46,780 nt of DNA from a virus (lineage: Duplodnaviria > Caudoviricetes): IMG/VR virus record IMGVR_UViG_3300022173_000087, positions 1 to 46,780 of that record; one strand, given 5' to 3'. The number at the start of each line of letters is the position of its first letter. The stretch's first letter is position 1. The translations under genes and the position numbers were made by a program. Shown here piece by piece: positions 18,207 to 27,054 of the stretch. A model generated the notes under the pieces. It was not told the origin of the DNA. It worked only from the letters and a program-made list of their open reading frames with translations, and searched no databases.

Positions 18207-21059
18207 TTAGACGGGATATATGGCCTTCGGCTGCGGCCGGTGCGTCACGGATTGGTTCTCCACGAACGTCGCCTCGTCGTCGGTCTGCGCCATGCCGGTG
18301 TCTCGCAAGAACTTGATGGCCTGGGTCAAACTGTCGGTCAGATCCTTATAGCGACCGTTCGGAAATACGGCAGCCTCGTCGATGACCATCTGTGCCCAAT
18401 CCCTCGACGGCGCATAGACCATGAGTTGGGAAAACGTCGCCTGAACGCCAAGGGCACGGGCGACCTTATCCCCGGATACCGGACGCAGTTCGATCGACCA
18501 GTCCTCGAGCGCGTACCGGTTGCGCAGTTCCTGCGCCGCGGAAATCCCCGACGCCTTGGCCTCGATCAGAAGCTTGTCCACCTTGAAGCGCCTGCAAGTG
18601 TCGCAGACGTGCTCGATCAGGCCCCATGTCGACATGGTGCGCCTGCGGTAGGCATCCTTGCTCTCCCGGGGCTTGTATTCGATCCGGGGACCGCTGAACT
18701 TCAGATGCCGCCGCCAGGCGTGCACCAGCATGATGCGCCGGCGCCCGGTCTCGTCAACGAACACACCCCAGACCGTGAAGCCGGACGGATCATTCTGCTC
18801 TTTGTCGGTGAAGGCGCTGTCGAGGCTGGCGAGCACGTATTCGAACACCGGGAAACGCCCATCAGGGCTGTCCCATAACTGCCACCAGTCTCGCTGGAAT
18901 ATGCCGCCGCCGCGCGGGGCAGGGGCCTGCTGATACTGACCGGCGTAGGCGTAAGGCCCGAGTGTGTGCTTGAGCGCCGCAGTCTCGTCAGGTCCCCAGC
19001 GGCCAGGCCATGCCAGCGTGCCTTCGGCCTCGTCCGGATCGTCCTCATCGTACCGCGGATCGATCCAACCCAGCGCGTTCGATCGCAGCGAGCCGTCGTC
19101 ATTGAACTGATAGTTCGCGTCGTACTCCATCGGGATCTTCAGGTGGCAATAGTCCAGCCCAAGATCGAGGATGACGCCGGATACGTCCTCTTCGTGGACC
19201 CGCTGCATGATGATGACCACAACGGGCTTCTTCGGGTTGTTGTGGCGCGAGGTCATGGATTCCCGGAACCAGCGGACCGTCTCCTTGCGGACCGTGTCGG
19301 ATTCGGCTTCCTTCACGTTGTGGGGATCATCGCAGTTGTGGGTCAGAATGCCGTTGGCGAAGTAGTTGTGGTCCGGTTCTACGCGCACATTAAAGACTGG
19401 TTCTGTTGAGCCGATGCGCTCAACAGAGACAACAGTCGTTTCGTCCACGCCTTCCGAGATTCCATCCCACCATGCATTCCGCCGTGGCACATCCGGCACA
19501 GCGAGATCAGGTTGTCCAAACTCATATCGTCTTTGTCGTAATTGATGTGGTGAACGTGCAGCGCCGTGCCGTGTTCCTTCTCGGTCATCGGGCACAGACG
19601 GCAGCAATATCCATCGCGCTTCCGCACTGCGGCCTTGCGCTTGGGCGTCCAACCGCTCCCGTATTGCTTCGCGTGCTGGCCATGCACATAGCGCCCATTC
19701 CCCGAACCTCGCATTCGTTTGGCGTGCGCTCGCTCCGCACAAGCCTTGCAGCAGAACCTGGATTTGCGATGCCGCTTCACCAAAGGCAGACCGCATTCGC
19801 CGCACATAATTGGTGGCACGCGCTTTTGCGGAAACTTCTCCGCCTTCCAGCGGTCCAACGTGGCGCAGCGCAGCGAACAATGGACCCGTCGTTTTGCCTC
19901 GGCTTGCTTCGCCGTAAACGGCATTCTGCACCGTTTGCACGACAGCGCGACCAAGCCGCCACGCCATCCAGGATTTGCCGCGCCCACGCTCACCGTCGCG
20001 AAGCAGGCATGGCTGCAAAACGGCTTGCCCTTTAACCGCGCCCAATGCGCCGGCGTGCGATATATCGGCTTGGCGCAGACCGAGCACGGCCGCGTCCCAC
20101 GCTCCAGTGCCCGCCGCGTGTCCAGCTTGTTCTTGCAATCCTTGCTGCAGGTCTTGCAGCGGCGCAGGCACGGTGCTCCGCACATCGCGCACGGACGGGA
20201 TGGCGAGCGTTGCGTCTCCTTCGCAGACGCGCGCAGCTTGCGTATAGCCTCGACCGACAATGAAGATTGGGTGATCCGCGGTGCAGACCAATTCCGTTTC
20301 GTCATCGAAGCGGAGTCGAACAAGAGGTCTAGCTGGGTTGGCTTCATACGCGACAATCCGCTGCCAACGAGGGCGTTTTCCAACGTGGTCATACCCTAGA
20401 ACAAACCGTGCTTTTTTGCCATCAACCAATTGAGAAAACGACACTTTCCCCAATTCAGTCTCGGCCATGGTTGAGCCTGAGACGCAGATGATCCGGTCGC
20501 CGCGTTCGCCCGTTCCCACGCCACCAACGGAGGAGGCGAATTTCCACCCCATCTTCGTATTGCTGACCTTCTTTTGGCCCTTGGCGACGACATGCACACG
20601 GTCGCCCCAGAGCATTTGGTATTTCTCGGATGAGATCAGAACGCCAAAGCGGTCGTTGTCGCGCTCCGTGAGGGTCGATGCATACGAGAACGTGACATAG
20701 CGCAAATGCGCCCGGTTCATCGGGCCCCATTCCCACGCCGGCCAGAACACGTCCGTGAGCAATGACTTCATGAAGCCGGGCGGGACGTTCATCAGCAACT
20801 GCATGATCTCGCCGTAGGTCACGGCCTCGAGGTGCTGGCACATAGCCTCGAGCGGCCAATCTGTCTCAAGCGGCGTTTCCGGCTCGAGCACATCCCAGTA
20901 GTATTTTACAAACGCAAAGAGGCCGCACTGCCATTCCCCGTTCTCGTCTCGGAAGCCGCGCGCTGACTGCTTGGCCTTTTCGAGACGGCGGATCCACGCG
21001 TCCTGCGCCTCTTTGAACTTGGAGAGCGCCAGGCGATCGGGGAGGACGGGCTGGTTCAT
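18207..21059 (-). CDS. terL: Terminase large subunit precursor (950 aa; 566 aa after intein splicing)
   Basis: TGATG-coupled start; Walker A NVPPGFMKS; Walker B GDRII|CDDP split by the intein; IIMQRVHEED; YAGQYQQAP; nuclease SLDSAF...KDLTDSLTQA. Confidence 0.93.
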   Translation of the reverse strand: MNQPVLPDRLALSKFKEAQDAWIRRLEKAKQSARGFRDENGEWQCGLFAFVKYYWDVLEPETPLETDWPLEAMCQHLEAVTYGEIMQLLMNVPPGFMKSLLTDVFWPAWEWGPMNRAHLRYVTFSYASTLTERDNDRFGVLISSEKYQMLWGDRVHVVAKGQKKVSNTKMGWKFASSVGGVGTGERGDRIICVSGSTMAETELGKVSFSQLVDGKKARFVLGYDHVGKRPRWQRIVAYEANPARPLVRLRFDDETELVCTADHPIFIVGRGYTQAARVCEGDATLAIPSVRDVRSTVPAPLQDLQQGLQEQAGHAAGTGAWDAAVLGLRQADISHAGALGAVKGQAVLQPCLLRDGERGRGKSWMAWRLGRAVVQTVQNAVYGEASRGKTTGPLFAALRHVGPLEGGEVSAKARATNYVRRMRSAFGEAASQIQVLLQGLCGASARQTNARFGEWALCAWPAREAIRERLDAQAQGRSAEARWILLPSVPDDREGTRHGAARSPHQLRQRRYEFGQPDLAVPDVPRRNAWWDGISEGVDETTVVSVERIGSTEPVFNVRVEPDHNYFANGILTHNCDDPHNVKEAESDTVRKETVRWFRESMTSRHNNPKKPVVVIIMQRVHEEDVSGVILDLGLDYCHLKIPMEYDANYQFNDDGSLRSNALGWIDPRYDEDDPDEAEGTLAWPGRWGPDETAALKHTLGPYAYAGQYQQAPAPRGGGIFQRDWWQLWDSPDGRFPVFEYVLASLDSAFTDKEQNDPSGFTVWGVFVDETGRRRIMLVHAWRRHLKFSGPRIEYKPRESKDAYRRRTMSTWGLIEHVCDTCRRFKVDKLLIEAKASGISAAQELRNRYALEDWSIELRPVSGDKVARALGVQATFSQLMVYAPSRDWAQMVIDEAAVFPNGRYKDLTDSLTQAIKFLRDTGMAQTDDEATFVENQSVTHRPQPKAIYPV
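19335..20486 (-). other. Intein, 384 aa, inserted in the TerL Walker B motif
   Basis: Begins C-VSGST; block B LVCTADHPIF; ends VFNVRVEPDHNYFANGILTHN, followed by +1 Cys. Confidence 0.93.
19379..20392 (-). CDS. Zn-finger-repeat HNH endonuclease nested in the +1 frame of the intein (start uncertain)
   Basis: Four CxxC...C(S/C)xxC repeats; GSGNGRY; VRKRDGYCCRLC...LHVHHINYDKDDMSLDNLISLCRMCHGGMH. Confidence 0.85.
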   Translation of the reverse strand: MTTLENALVGSGLSRMKPTQLDLLFDSASMTKRNWSAPRITQSSLSVEAIRKLRASAKETQRSPSRPCAMCGAPCLRRCKTCSKDCKNKLDTRRALERGTRPCSVCAKPIYRTPAHWARLKGKPFCSHACFATVSVGAANPGWRGGLVALSCKRCRMPFTAKQAEAKRRVHCSLRCATLDRWKAEKFPQKRVPPIMCGECGLPLVKRHRKSRFCCKACAERAHAKRMRGSGNGRYVHGQHAKQYGSGWTPKRKAAVRKRDGYCCRLCPMTEKEHGTALHVHHINYDKDDMSLDNLISLCRMCHGGMHGGMESRKAWTKRLLSLLSASAQQNQSLMCA

Positions 21060-21388
21060 CAGGTGGCCAGTTTTTTCCGGCGGTACCATGTGCGCCGAGA
21101 CATGCCGAGCGCGACCCACGGTTTCATGGCTTCGTGTGTTTTGGAGCGATCCTCAATGCGCACGCCGCCAGGCTGGCGTTTCTCGACGAAGGAGTTTCGG
21201 ACGTCTGCGGCGTAGTACTTGTCGCGTTCAGGCACGCGATTGCCACGCGCAAGCGGGATTTCGATGTGGGTGGCTTGATCGACACTCTGTCGATCAAACT
21301 GCTTGACCGACAAAGGGGTGCAGTGATGGCGCTGGCCGACCAGGACACGATCTTTGCCACAGAGGGGACAGGGATCAGACATTGGCAC
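21059..21388 (-). CDS. Hypothetical DNA-binding protein
   Basis: CPLC...HHC N-terminus; C-terminal KPWVALGMSRRTWYRRKK HTH-like motif; lies between terS and terL. Confidence 0.6.
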   Translation of the reverse strand: MPMSDPCPLCGKDRVLVGQRHHCTPLSVKQFDRQSVDQATHIEIPLARGNRVPERDKYYAADVRNSFVEKRQPGGVRIEDRSKTHEAMKPWVALGMSRRTWYRRKKLAT

Positions 21389-21423
21389 CGCCTTGACACA
21401 ACCGTGTCACAGTCGCGGCACTA

Positions 21424-21885
21424 TTAGTGTTCGACCCCGTTGGCAACCGCCACGCCCTCGATCAGCTTCGGCGTCGAAGGCATCACCAGCCCGATGTCCT
21501 CCGCCCGCCGGCAGAGCTCCGAATAAAGCTGCTGATCGGTCATCTCCGCGTAAGGATCGGCCTTGTGCACCGTGATGCTCTCAAGCCGCGGGCTCTCGTA
21601 GGGCGCAAGCTTCGCCGCGATGTCGGCCGCCACCACGGTGAACTCCATGGCGCGCTTCTCATCCTTGTTTTTCCAGCATTCTTCGGCCATTCCCCACGTC
21701 GCCATCATGGCCTCGGCCAGCACTTCCCGGGCCAGCAATAGCCCCATAGCCTTGCGAGAAGACGCAGAGCGCATGGCCTCCATCGCCAAACGCTCGCGCT
21801 CAATCGTGATCTTGTTCTTCGTGCCCTTGGGCTTGCCGTGAGGGTTCCGGGTCTCGCCCTTTGCGATCGATCCGCGTGGTGCCAT
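21424..21885 (-). CDS. terS: Terminase small subunit
   Basis: GETRNPHGKPKGTKNK N-terminal motif; AAKLAPYESPRL; upstream of terL. Confidence 0.7.
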   Translation of the reverse strand: MAPRGSIAKGETRNPHGKPKGTKNKITIERERLAMEAMRSASSRKAMGLLLAREVLAEAMMATWGMAEECWKNKDEKRAMEFTVVAADIAAKLAPYESPRLESITVHKADPYAEMTDQQLYSELCRRAEDIGLVMPSTPKLIEGVAVANGVEH

Positions 21886-21973
21886 GGCCCAATTTAGCAG
21901 ATTTCAAGCGTTAGGTCAGCCGTGCGAATTCCGGGTCCTTTTTCTTTTCTGGTCGTCGTGGTAGTTGCCAACA

Positions 21974-23083
21974 ATGTTCTACAAGAAATTCGCATTATAT
22001 GCCGCGGCCGGGTTTATCGCCTGCGTGGCTGCGGATGCGTACATTGCGGGCGGGCTTCGCTCCGCATTTGAGGCCGGAGCGAACAGTCACCGCGGCCTCC
22101 GCACTCAACGCGATGTCGTGCTCGAATTGAGGGCGAAGGGGATCGCGGCGGTGCCCTATGTTCCGCCTAATTCGTCGATCACCCATGACCGCTTCCCCGT
22201 GTCAGCAATTGCGGCGAGAAAAACAGTATTTTGCACGGAGGCAAAAGACGTTTGGACGATCTACGACAGCGACAGTCACGGTTTCAATAATCCAGGTGAT
22301 GTGTGGGATAGACCTACGGAAATAATGGCACTCGGCAATTCGTTCGTGCATGGCGCCTGCGTCGAACATGGGCGCGGCATGGTTGACCTGATCCGAAAGG
22401 AAGTGGCAGGGACAATAAATCTCGGACTAGGAGGGAATGGTCCGCTGATGATGTTGGCTGCGCTGCGAGAATACGGCCCGGCCCGTCGGCCGAAAAAAAT
22501 TCTGTGGTTCTTTGTCGAGGGGAATGACCTCGACGCATTAGGCGATGAAGCAAACTCAAATCTTGTTCGATATTTAAGCGATCCAAAATATACGCAAGGT
22601 CTGATCGATACGCAAAGCGTCACGGACCAGGGGTTGATAAAGTTGGTCGACCGTCTCCTCTCTGATCCGGTTCCGGCAGAGGGGCATAATTATCGAAGGA
22701 CGGTCACAGACACATTGCTCCTGCGAAATCTTCGCCAACGTCTCAGGCAGACCGAGGTTAAGCCGCCACCTACTGACCTTCTAGGTCGCGTGCTCGGTAT
22801 GGCAAAATCAGATGCCGCGGCGTGGGGCGGCACTGTCTGCTTCGTGAATCTTCCAACATGGCAGTCATTAAATCAGCCAACGGCGGATCGCGGGGCTACG
22901 CGGAAGACGGTCTTAAATTTAGTTCGTGCCAATGGAATTCCAGCCGTTGATCTGTACCCCGATCTGTTGCGACACGCGACAAGCGGTGAGGCGCTTTTTG
23001 TCTATCCTGGCTCTCACTACAATGCGTCAGGGTATGCTCTGGTTGCTCGCCTCGTTAGCGCGAGCCTCCGGGACTGCAACTGA
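21974..23083 (+). CDS. Membrane-anchored SGNH-hydrolase-fold protein (AlgJ/AlgX-like), moron
   Basis: N-terminal hydrophobic helix; DSHGFNN; LGNSFVHG; NLGLGGNG; EGND; SHYNASGY; visibly more AT-rich than flanks. Confidence 0.75.
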   Translation: MFYKKFALYAAAGFIACVAADAYIAGGLRSAFEAGANSHRGLRTQRDVVLELRAKGIAAVPYVPPNSSITHDRFPVSAIAARKTVFCTEAKDVWTIYDSDSHGFNNPGDVWDRPTEIMALGNSFVHGACVEHGRGMVDLIRKEVAGTINLGLGGNGPLMMLAALREYGPARRPKKILWFFVEGNDLDALGDEANSNLVRYLSDPKYTQGLIDTQSVTDQGLIKLVDRLLSDPVPAEGHNYRRTVTDTLLLRNLRQRLRQTEVKPPPTDLLGRVLGMAKSDAAAWGGTVCFVNLPTWQSLNQPTADRGATRKTVLNLVRANGIPAVDLYPDLLRHATSGEALFVYPGSHYNASGYALVARLVSASLRDCN

Positions 23084-24130
23084 CCCGTATTTGGGCCGGG
23101 CCGCTAAGATTGGGCGCTCGTAGAACCAGTAGAGCGCGGTCGTGAGCGCTGTCAGGATCGACAGATACATGACGAGGTGCATTGGGATAGTCGGCGGCAG
23201 GGCCATCAACACCACCAAGTGGAATAGGTACACGCTGTAAGAAATACGACCGAGGTAGATGAAAAAAGTCACGGTCGCGGCAGAGCGGCGCACCGGGCCT
23301 TCCAGCGTAATAAAGAACGCGATCATCGTTGATCCAACCAGGGCCGCCGCGAGCGGAAAAAGGGCAGGAGCCAGCGTTCCGCCGGCCGGGATCTGCGCGG
23401 TCACGTAGAATGCAAAGGCAAACGACAGAAACATCGCCACGGCGCGTACAAGGGAGGGCCGCGGGGCGTCGGGCCTATGCCGCAGCACAAGCCAGAGCAG
23501 GAAACCGACTGCGATGGAATCGATCCGGAACGCGACTATGCGCCGAATGCTCTGGCCCCAATGGTCGGGGCTGCCTTGGAACATGCGCAGACAGGAGACA
23601 ATGACGATGAACGCGATGGCGAAAGCAACAAGGTCCCGCTCATTGGCGCGGCCCCACACCGTGACTATGCCGATCAGAATGAGCGGAAACACCACATAGA
23701 ACCACTCCTCGACAGCGAGGCTCCACGCCACCGGATAGAAGTCGTGATGGTTCGCCTGGCTGAACAAGTTCTGTACGTAGAACGCATAGCGGATGACGTC
23801 CGCCGGCCGAACGTCAGCGGCCATCACACTGATGCACGCCAGCGCCAGCAGGAACGGCGGGATGGTCCGCATCCAGCGCCGCACCAGAAACGTGCCAATC
23901 ATCCGGTGATTCCCCGGCTGGGCACACATGACGATCTGCGGCGCAAGGACGAATCCGCTCAAGACAAAGAATACCTCGACCGCAATTATAGAAATTGTTT
24001 CGGCCGTGCCGGCAGCGGTGTTCTGATAGATCAGAAAATGTGCGATGGCGACGGAGAAGGCGGCAAGCCCGCGCAGCAGATCGAGGGACGCGATTCGGCG
24101 CTCGGTGGTGTCAGAAAATCCGATAGACAA
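23027..24130 (-). CDS. Acyltransferase-3 family membrane O-acyltransferase (OafA-like)
   Basis: LDLLRGLA; VEVFFVLSGF; RRWMRTIP; WSLAVEEWFY; LGRISYSVYLFH; YWFYERP. Confidence 0.9.
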   Translation of the reverse strand: MSIGFSDTTERRIASLDLLRGLAAFSVAIAHFLIYQNTAAGTAETISIIAVEVFFVLSGFVLAPQIVMCAQPGNHRMIGTFLVRRWMRTIPPFLLALACISVMAADVRPADVIRYAFYVQNLFSQANHHDFYPVAWSLAVEEWFYVVFPLILIGIVTVWGRANERDLVAFAIAFIVIVSCLRMFQGSPDHWGQSIRRIVAFRIDSIAVGFLLWLVLRHRPDAPRPSLVRAVAMFLSFAFAFYVTAQIPAGGTLAPALFPLAAALVGSTMIAFFITLEGPVRRSAATVTFFIYLGRISYSVYLFHLVVLMALPPTIPMHLVMYLSILTALTTALYWFYERPILAARPKYGSVAVPEARANEASNQSIP

Positions 24131-24233
24131 ACGACTTGATCTCCTGGCCGCCCGTCAGCCACACGACGGCGACAAACAGCGCCACAGCGAAACAGGCGGG
24201 ACCGAACCACCACTTGTGAACCAAGTTTCGCAA
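24111..24233 (-). CDS. Small single-TM peptide, DUF5989/DltX-like (MRNLVHKWWFGPACFAVALFVAVVWLTGGQEIKSFVYRIF)
   Basis: KWW..P, TM segment and FxYxxF C-terminus; TTG start after GGGGG; overlaps the AT3 start. Confidence 0.6.
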   Translation of the reverse strand: MRNLVHKWWFGPACFAVALFVAVVWLTGGQEIKSFVYRIF

Positions 24234-24301
24234 AAGGACACCCCCGAGGCTACTGCGCTCGCAATGTACCGGGGGGATTATGGTATCGGCAAGAGCGAGG
24301 C

Positions 24302-24535
24302 CTAACCCGCGGGGCGTTTTTCGTTTTCGAACGCCGCCTGCCATCTGACCTTGGCGGCATCCATGGTCGGTTCGCGGCCGGCGCGGCTGGTGCCGTATAT
24401 CGTCCAGGCCCAGACCTCTGCGCCTCCGACTCCGACCGTCTTGTAAAGCCTGCCTACGTCGTTGCCGTCATGGCGGACCACGTAATCGTCGGTGCGGTCG
24501 GGATCTTGAGGGAAGGCTCTACGCAGCGTGAACAT
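24302..24535 (-). CDS. Hypothetical protein
   Basis: DDYVV...VGRLY...WAWTI, small alphaproteobacterial phage-type ORF. Confidence 0.6.
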   Translation of the reverse strand: MFTLRRAFPQDPDRTDDYVVRHDGNDVGRLYKTVGVGGAEVWAWTIYGTSRAGREPTMDAAKVRWQAAFENEKRPAG

Positions 24536-24589
24536 GCCGAGAGCGTATCACGGGTGCTGAATTGGGTTGTTACGCGCCGCCCATGTCGC

Positions 24590-24826
24590 TTATGACGGTG
24601 CGGAAATATCGAACATTCCCGTGCCCTCAATGATGGAATCCTCGGCCTCGCGCTTAGTATCGAAGGTGCCCACGCCACCGTTATCCCCCATGACCTCCCA
24701 CCTTTCACCGCGCGGGCAGACAGAGTAGTAAGCGCGCACCAATATTTCAGTGCGCTGCGTCTCAGGCATTTCGGCCAAGAGCTTCTTCACCCTGGCCCAA
24801 TACTGATCGTTGGTTTCTTCGCTCAT
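24590..24826 (-). CDS. Hypothetical protein
   Basis: Operon packing. Confidence 0.55.
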   Translation of the reverse strand: MSEETNDQYWARVKKLLAEMPETQRTEILVRAYYSVCPRGERWEVMGDNGGVGTFDTKREAEDSIIEGTGMFDISAPS

Positions 24827-24841
24827 GGTCACGCTGCCTGT

Positions 24842-25177
24842 TTATGAGCCGACGCGCTTTACTGTGACGCCAGCCTTCTCAGCGCGCCGGATCATGTCTG
24901 CCGTCCCACGACCACCAGCGAACGCCAGCACCATATCGGGCTTGGCGTCGTCCAGCATTTCTTGATTGCGGATCGGCCCAGCGGCCTTGCCGTGCTTCTC
25001 CCATTCAGCGTGGTAGGTCATGACTGGCCGCAGTCGGGAGTTCGCCCAGTCCTTCGCCAGCGCATCAGCACCACCCGCGCCGCCTTGAACGACCATCGTA
25101 ACCGGCAGGGCGTCCAGCGCGTCATAGACTGTTTGCCAGTCCGAATAGCTACGCCCGCCACACACCAGAACCTTCAT
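24842..25177 (-). CDS. SLOG-family protein (DUF2493/YspA-like)
   Basis: VLVCGGRSY...QGGAGGADALA...AAGPIRNQEM...GGRGTADM. Confidence 0.85.
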   Translation of the reverse strand: MKVLVCGGRSYSDWQTVYDALDALPVTMVVQGGAGGADALAKDWANSRLRPVMTYHAEWEKHGKAAGPIRNQEMLDDAKPDMVLAFAGGRGTADMIRRAEKAGVTVKRVGS

Positions 25178-25452
25178 TTCCCGTCTCCCTTAAGCGCATC
25201 GGCTGTCTGCTCAACAGCGCGCGCCGACTCCAGGCTCGCGTTGATCTCCTGAAAATATCGGTCGTGCGTCATGTCGGCGTCGTGCTTGTAGGAGTACAGC
25301 GCCCCGCACGTTGGGCCGCCCACGCACCCGACAGACAATTCGTTGCGCTCGACCATCATGGCCAAGGTACGCAATTCGTCGGCAAGGCGTTCGGCTGTGT
25401 CGGCGCCGATCTTGCAAATAAGCTCGTGAGCGCGGTGCGGTGTAGCCATCAT
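25174..25452 (-). CDS. Hypothetical protein
   Basis: GAGGGG SD, ATGA coupling. Confidence 0.6.
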   Translation of the reverse strand: MMATPHRAHELICKIGADTAERLADELRTLAMMVERNELSVGCVGGPTCGALYSYKHDADMTHDRYFQEINASLESARAVEQTADALKGDGK

Positions 25453-25467
25453 TTCCCCTCGCGGTTG

Positions 25468-26148
25468 TCAGGTAGCAGCGTGTGCTGTCGGGGCGGGCAA
25501 CAGCGGGCGACCGCTCATTTGCGCAATGGCTTTGCCGGCGTCTTCTTTTAGAGCCTTCTCAAAGTCCAGCAGCCGATCAATTGCGCTGATAAGACCTTGC
25601 TCCATCGCCTCAAAAAATGCCTCCCGCTCGGGCGTCCATTCGATTTCGACGCCTTCGGCGTGCGATCTCCGCAATCCGCTTGTGGGATCGCCTTCGTCGA
25701 CACACTTATAGAGCACGCCGTTCGACTTGAACCGCACGGCGTAGGACAGAGCGAGGGCCGGGCGCGGCGCGAAGTGCATGTCATCGCGCGGCACGTGGTG
25801 CATCGACGAGACGTTGCACTTGAAGTTGAACACAATCACTTTGGTCTTGGTCTGCTCGCGCACGATTGAGGTGTAGCGGGCTAGAACGTCGCGATGAATG
25901 GCCAGCAGCGAATCGATCTGCGAATCCGTGATCCTGTCGGACCGCCACCACTGCCCGCCATGCATGTACCGATCACCAAGGTCGGCGGCGCTGACAAGTC
26001 CCAGGATGTGCGGCTGCAAGTAGATCGAAAACATGCCGTCGCTCGCCTGGAAATAGACCTTCTCGACCACCTTTTGGTAGGTCAGGTCGGGCTGCGGAAT
26101 GTGAGCCTGAAACGTTTTGACCTGTTGGCCCTTGCTCTCTTTTTTCAT
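25468..26148 (-). CDS. Hypothetical protein (226 aa)
   Basis: Protein-like ORF in operon. Confidence 0.65.
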   Translation of the reverse strand: MKKESKGQQVKTFQAHIPQPDLTYQKVVEKVYFQASDGMFSIYLQPHILGLVSAADLGDRYMHGGQWWRSDRITDSQIDSLLAIHRDVLARYTSIVREQTKTKVIVFNFKCNVSSMHHVPRDDMHFAPRPALALSYAVRFKSNGVLYKCVDEGDPTSGLRRSHAEGVEIEWTPEREAFFEAMEQGLISAIDRLLDFEKALKEDAGKAIAQMSGRPLLPAPTAHAAT

Positions 26149-26159
26149 TTTCGCTTACC

Positions 26160-26453
26160 TCAGATAACCGCGCGCGTTTTGCGGTTGGTGTGGATGCCTT
26201 CGTAGCGATGATCCCAGCCGCCGTCATCGTCGGGGTCGTCGTGTCGTTCATCGACAATTCGGCCAGTCTCAGTGATCCGCCATTGCATCCCGGCCATGAT
26301 GCCAGTCTCGCCGGGCGTATCGCGGTACTCGACTAGCCCGCGCTTGCGGAGCGCGTCGGCGCTGCTGCCTTCGCTGAGCTTGCTCCAATGGTTCGGCGCG
26401 CGCTTCAACGCTCGCCGCATCGCATCACTGAGTTTGATCGTCATGGCCTTCAT
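26160..26453 (-). CDS. Hypothetical protein (wHTH-like)
   Basis: ALRKRGLVEY...WRITETGR. Confidence 0.55.
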   Translation of the reverse strand: MKAMTIKLSDAMRRALKRAPNHWSKLSEGSSADALRKRGLVEYRDTPGETGIMAGMQWRITETGRIVDERHDDPDDDGGWDHRYEGIHTNRKTRAVI

Positions 26454-26473
26454 TCCGCGTTAGCGGGCTTGGT

Positions 26474-26731
26474 CTATTCTTCGCTTTCCCAGTAGCTGAT
26501 GTCAGTCTCTGCTGCTTCTTCGGGGGAGACGTAATCCCTGCGATCAACCAGATAGGTGGGCGCAACGCGCTTTGCGTATTCTGGGAGTTCGCGAGCAAAG
26601 TCCTCTGTCGCGTTCTTTTTGCCTTCGGTCACAAGGAACGCGATGAACCGCTCGATCCACTTTTCGTCGGACAGGCTCGGTTCACGCTGGAAGTCTGTCT
26701 TGCGTTCGTACACCCTTGGGTCAAAAGCCAT
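26474..26731 (-). CDS. Hypothetical protein
   Basis: GAGGA SD before MAFDP. Confidence 0.6.
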   Translation of the reverse strand: MAFDPRVYERKTDFQREPSLSDEKWIERFIAFLVTEGKKNATEDFARELPEYAKRVAPTYLVDRRDYVSPEEAAETDISYWESEE

Positions 26732-26859
26732 ATCGTCCTCCCTCATTGCAGTTCAGCGTTCGTTGTCTGCGATGCACGTCCGCTCAAAGTGGTGGTAGCA
26801 GCGCATCGACCAGAGGCGGATAGTCCAAGGTTCAAGCATGTGCGATCCCCAATGGGTCC

Positions 26860-27054
26860 TTAGCGTTCAACGGCGTCGATGCAGGAAGGATCAGGGGCCT
26901 CCGGCAAGAGCTTGCGGGCCGTCTGCTGAGTGGCAGGGCCGACCGTTGCGTAGGTCGCCATAGTCTCAGCGCCGAACCACCCCTGAACTGCACGCATCCG
27001 GCAAGGGCATAGCGGCTCGCCGTTCTGCGGTCCCATGCAACAACAAGTCGCCAT
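26860..27054 (-). CDS. Small Cys-rich protein
   Basis: CCCMGPQNGEPLCPC; ATG directly after the upstream TAG. Confidence 0.6.
   Translation of the reverse strand: MATCCCMGPQNGEPLCPCRMRAVQGWFGAETMATYATVGPATQQTARKLLPEAPDPSCIDAVER

Noticed and set aside
20186-20222. AAGGAG in the intein EGD codons as the SD for the HNH gene
   Set aside because: The next in-frame ATG is 30 nt downstream, so the start cannot be assigned from it.
20396-20420. AAAAAAG slippery run as a frameshift route from the intein frame into the HNH frame
   Set aside because: A TAG in the +1 frame at 20396-20398 lies between the run and the HNH ORF.
140-21841. Many long plus-strand ORFs (e.g. 821-1684, 1916-3469, 3590-4906, 17778-18878)
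   Set aside because: Antisense shadows of GC-rich minus-strand genes; no motifs.
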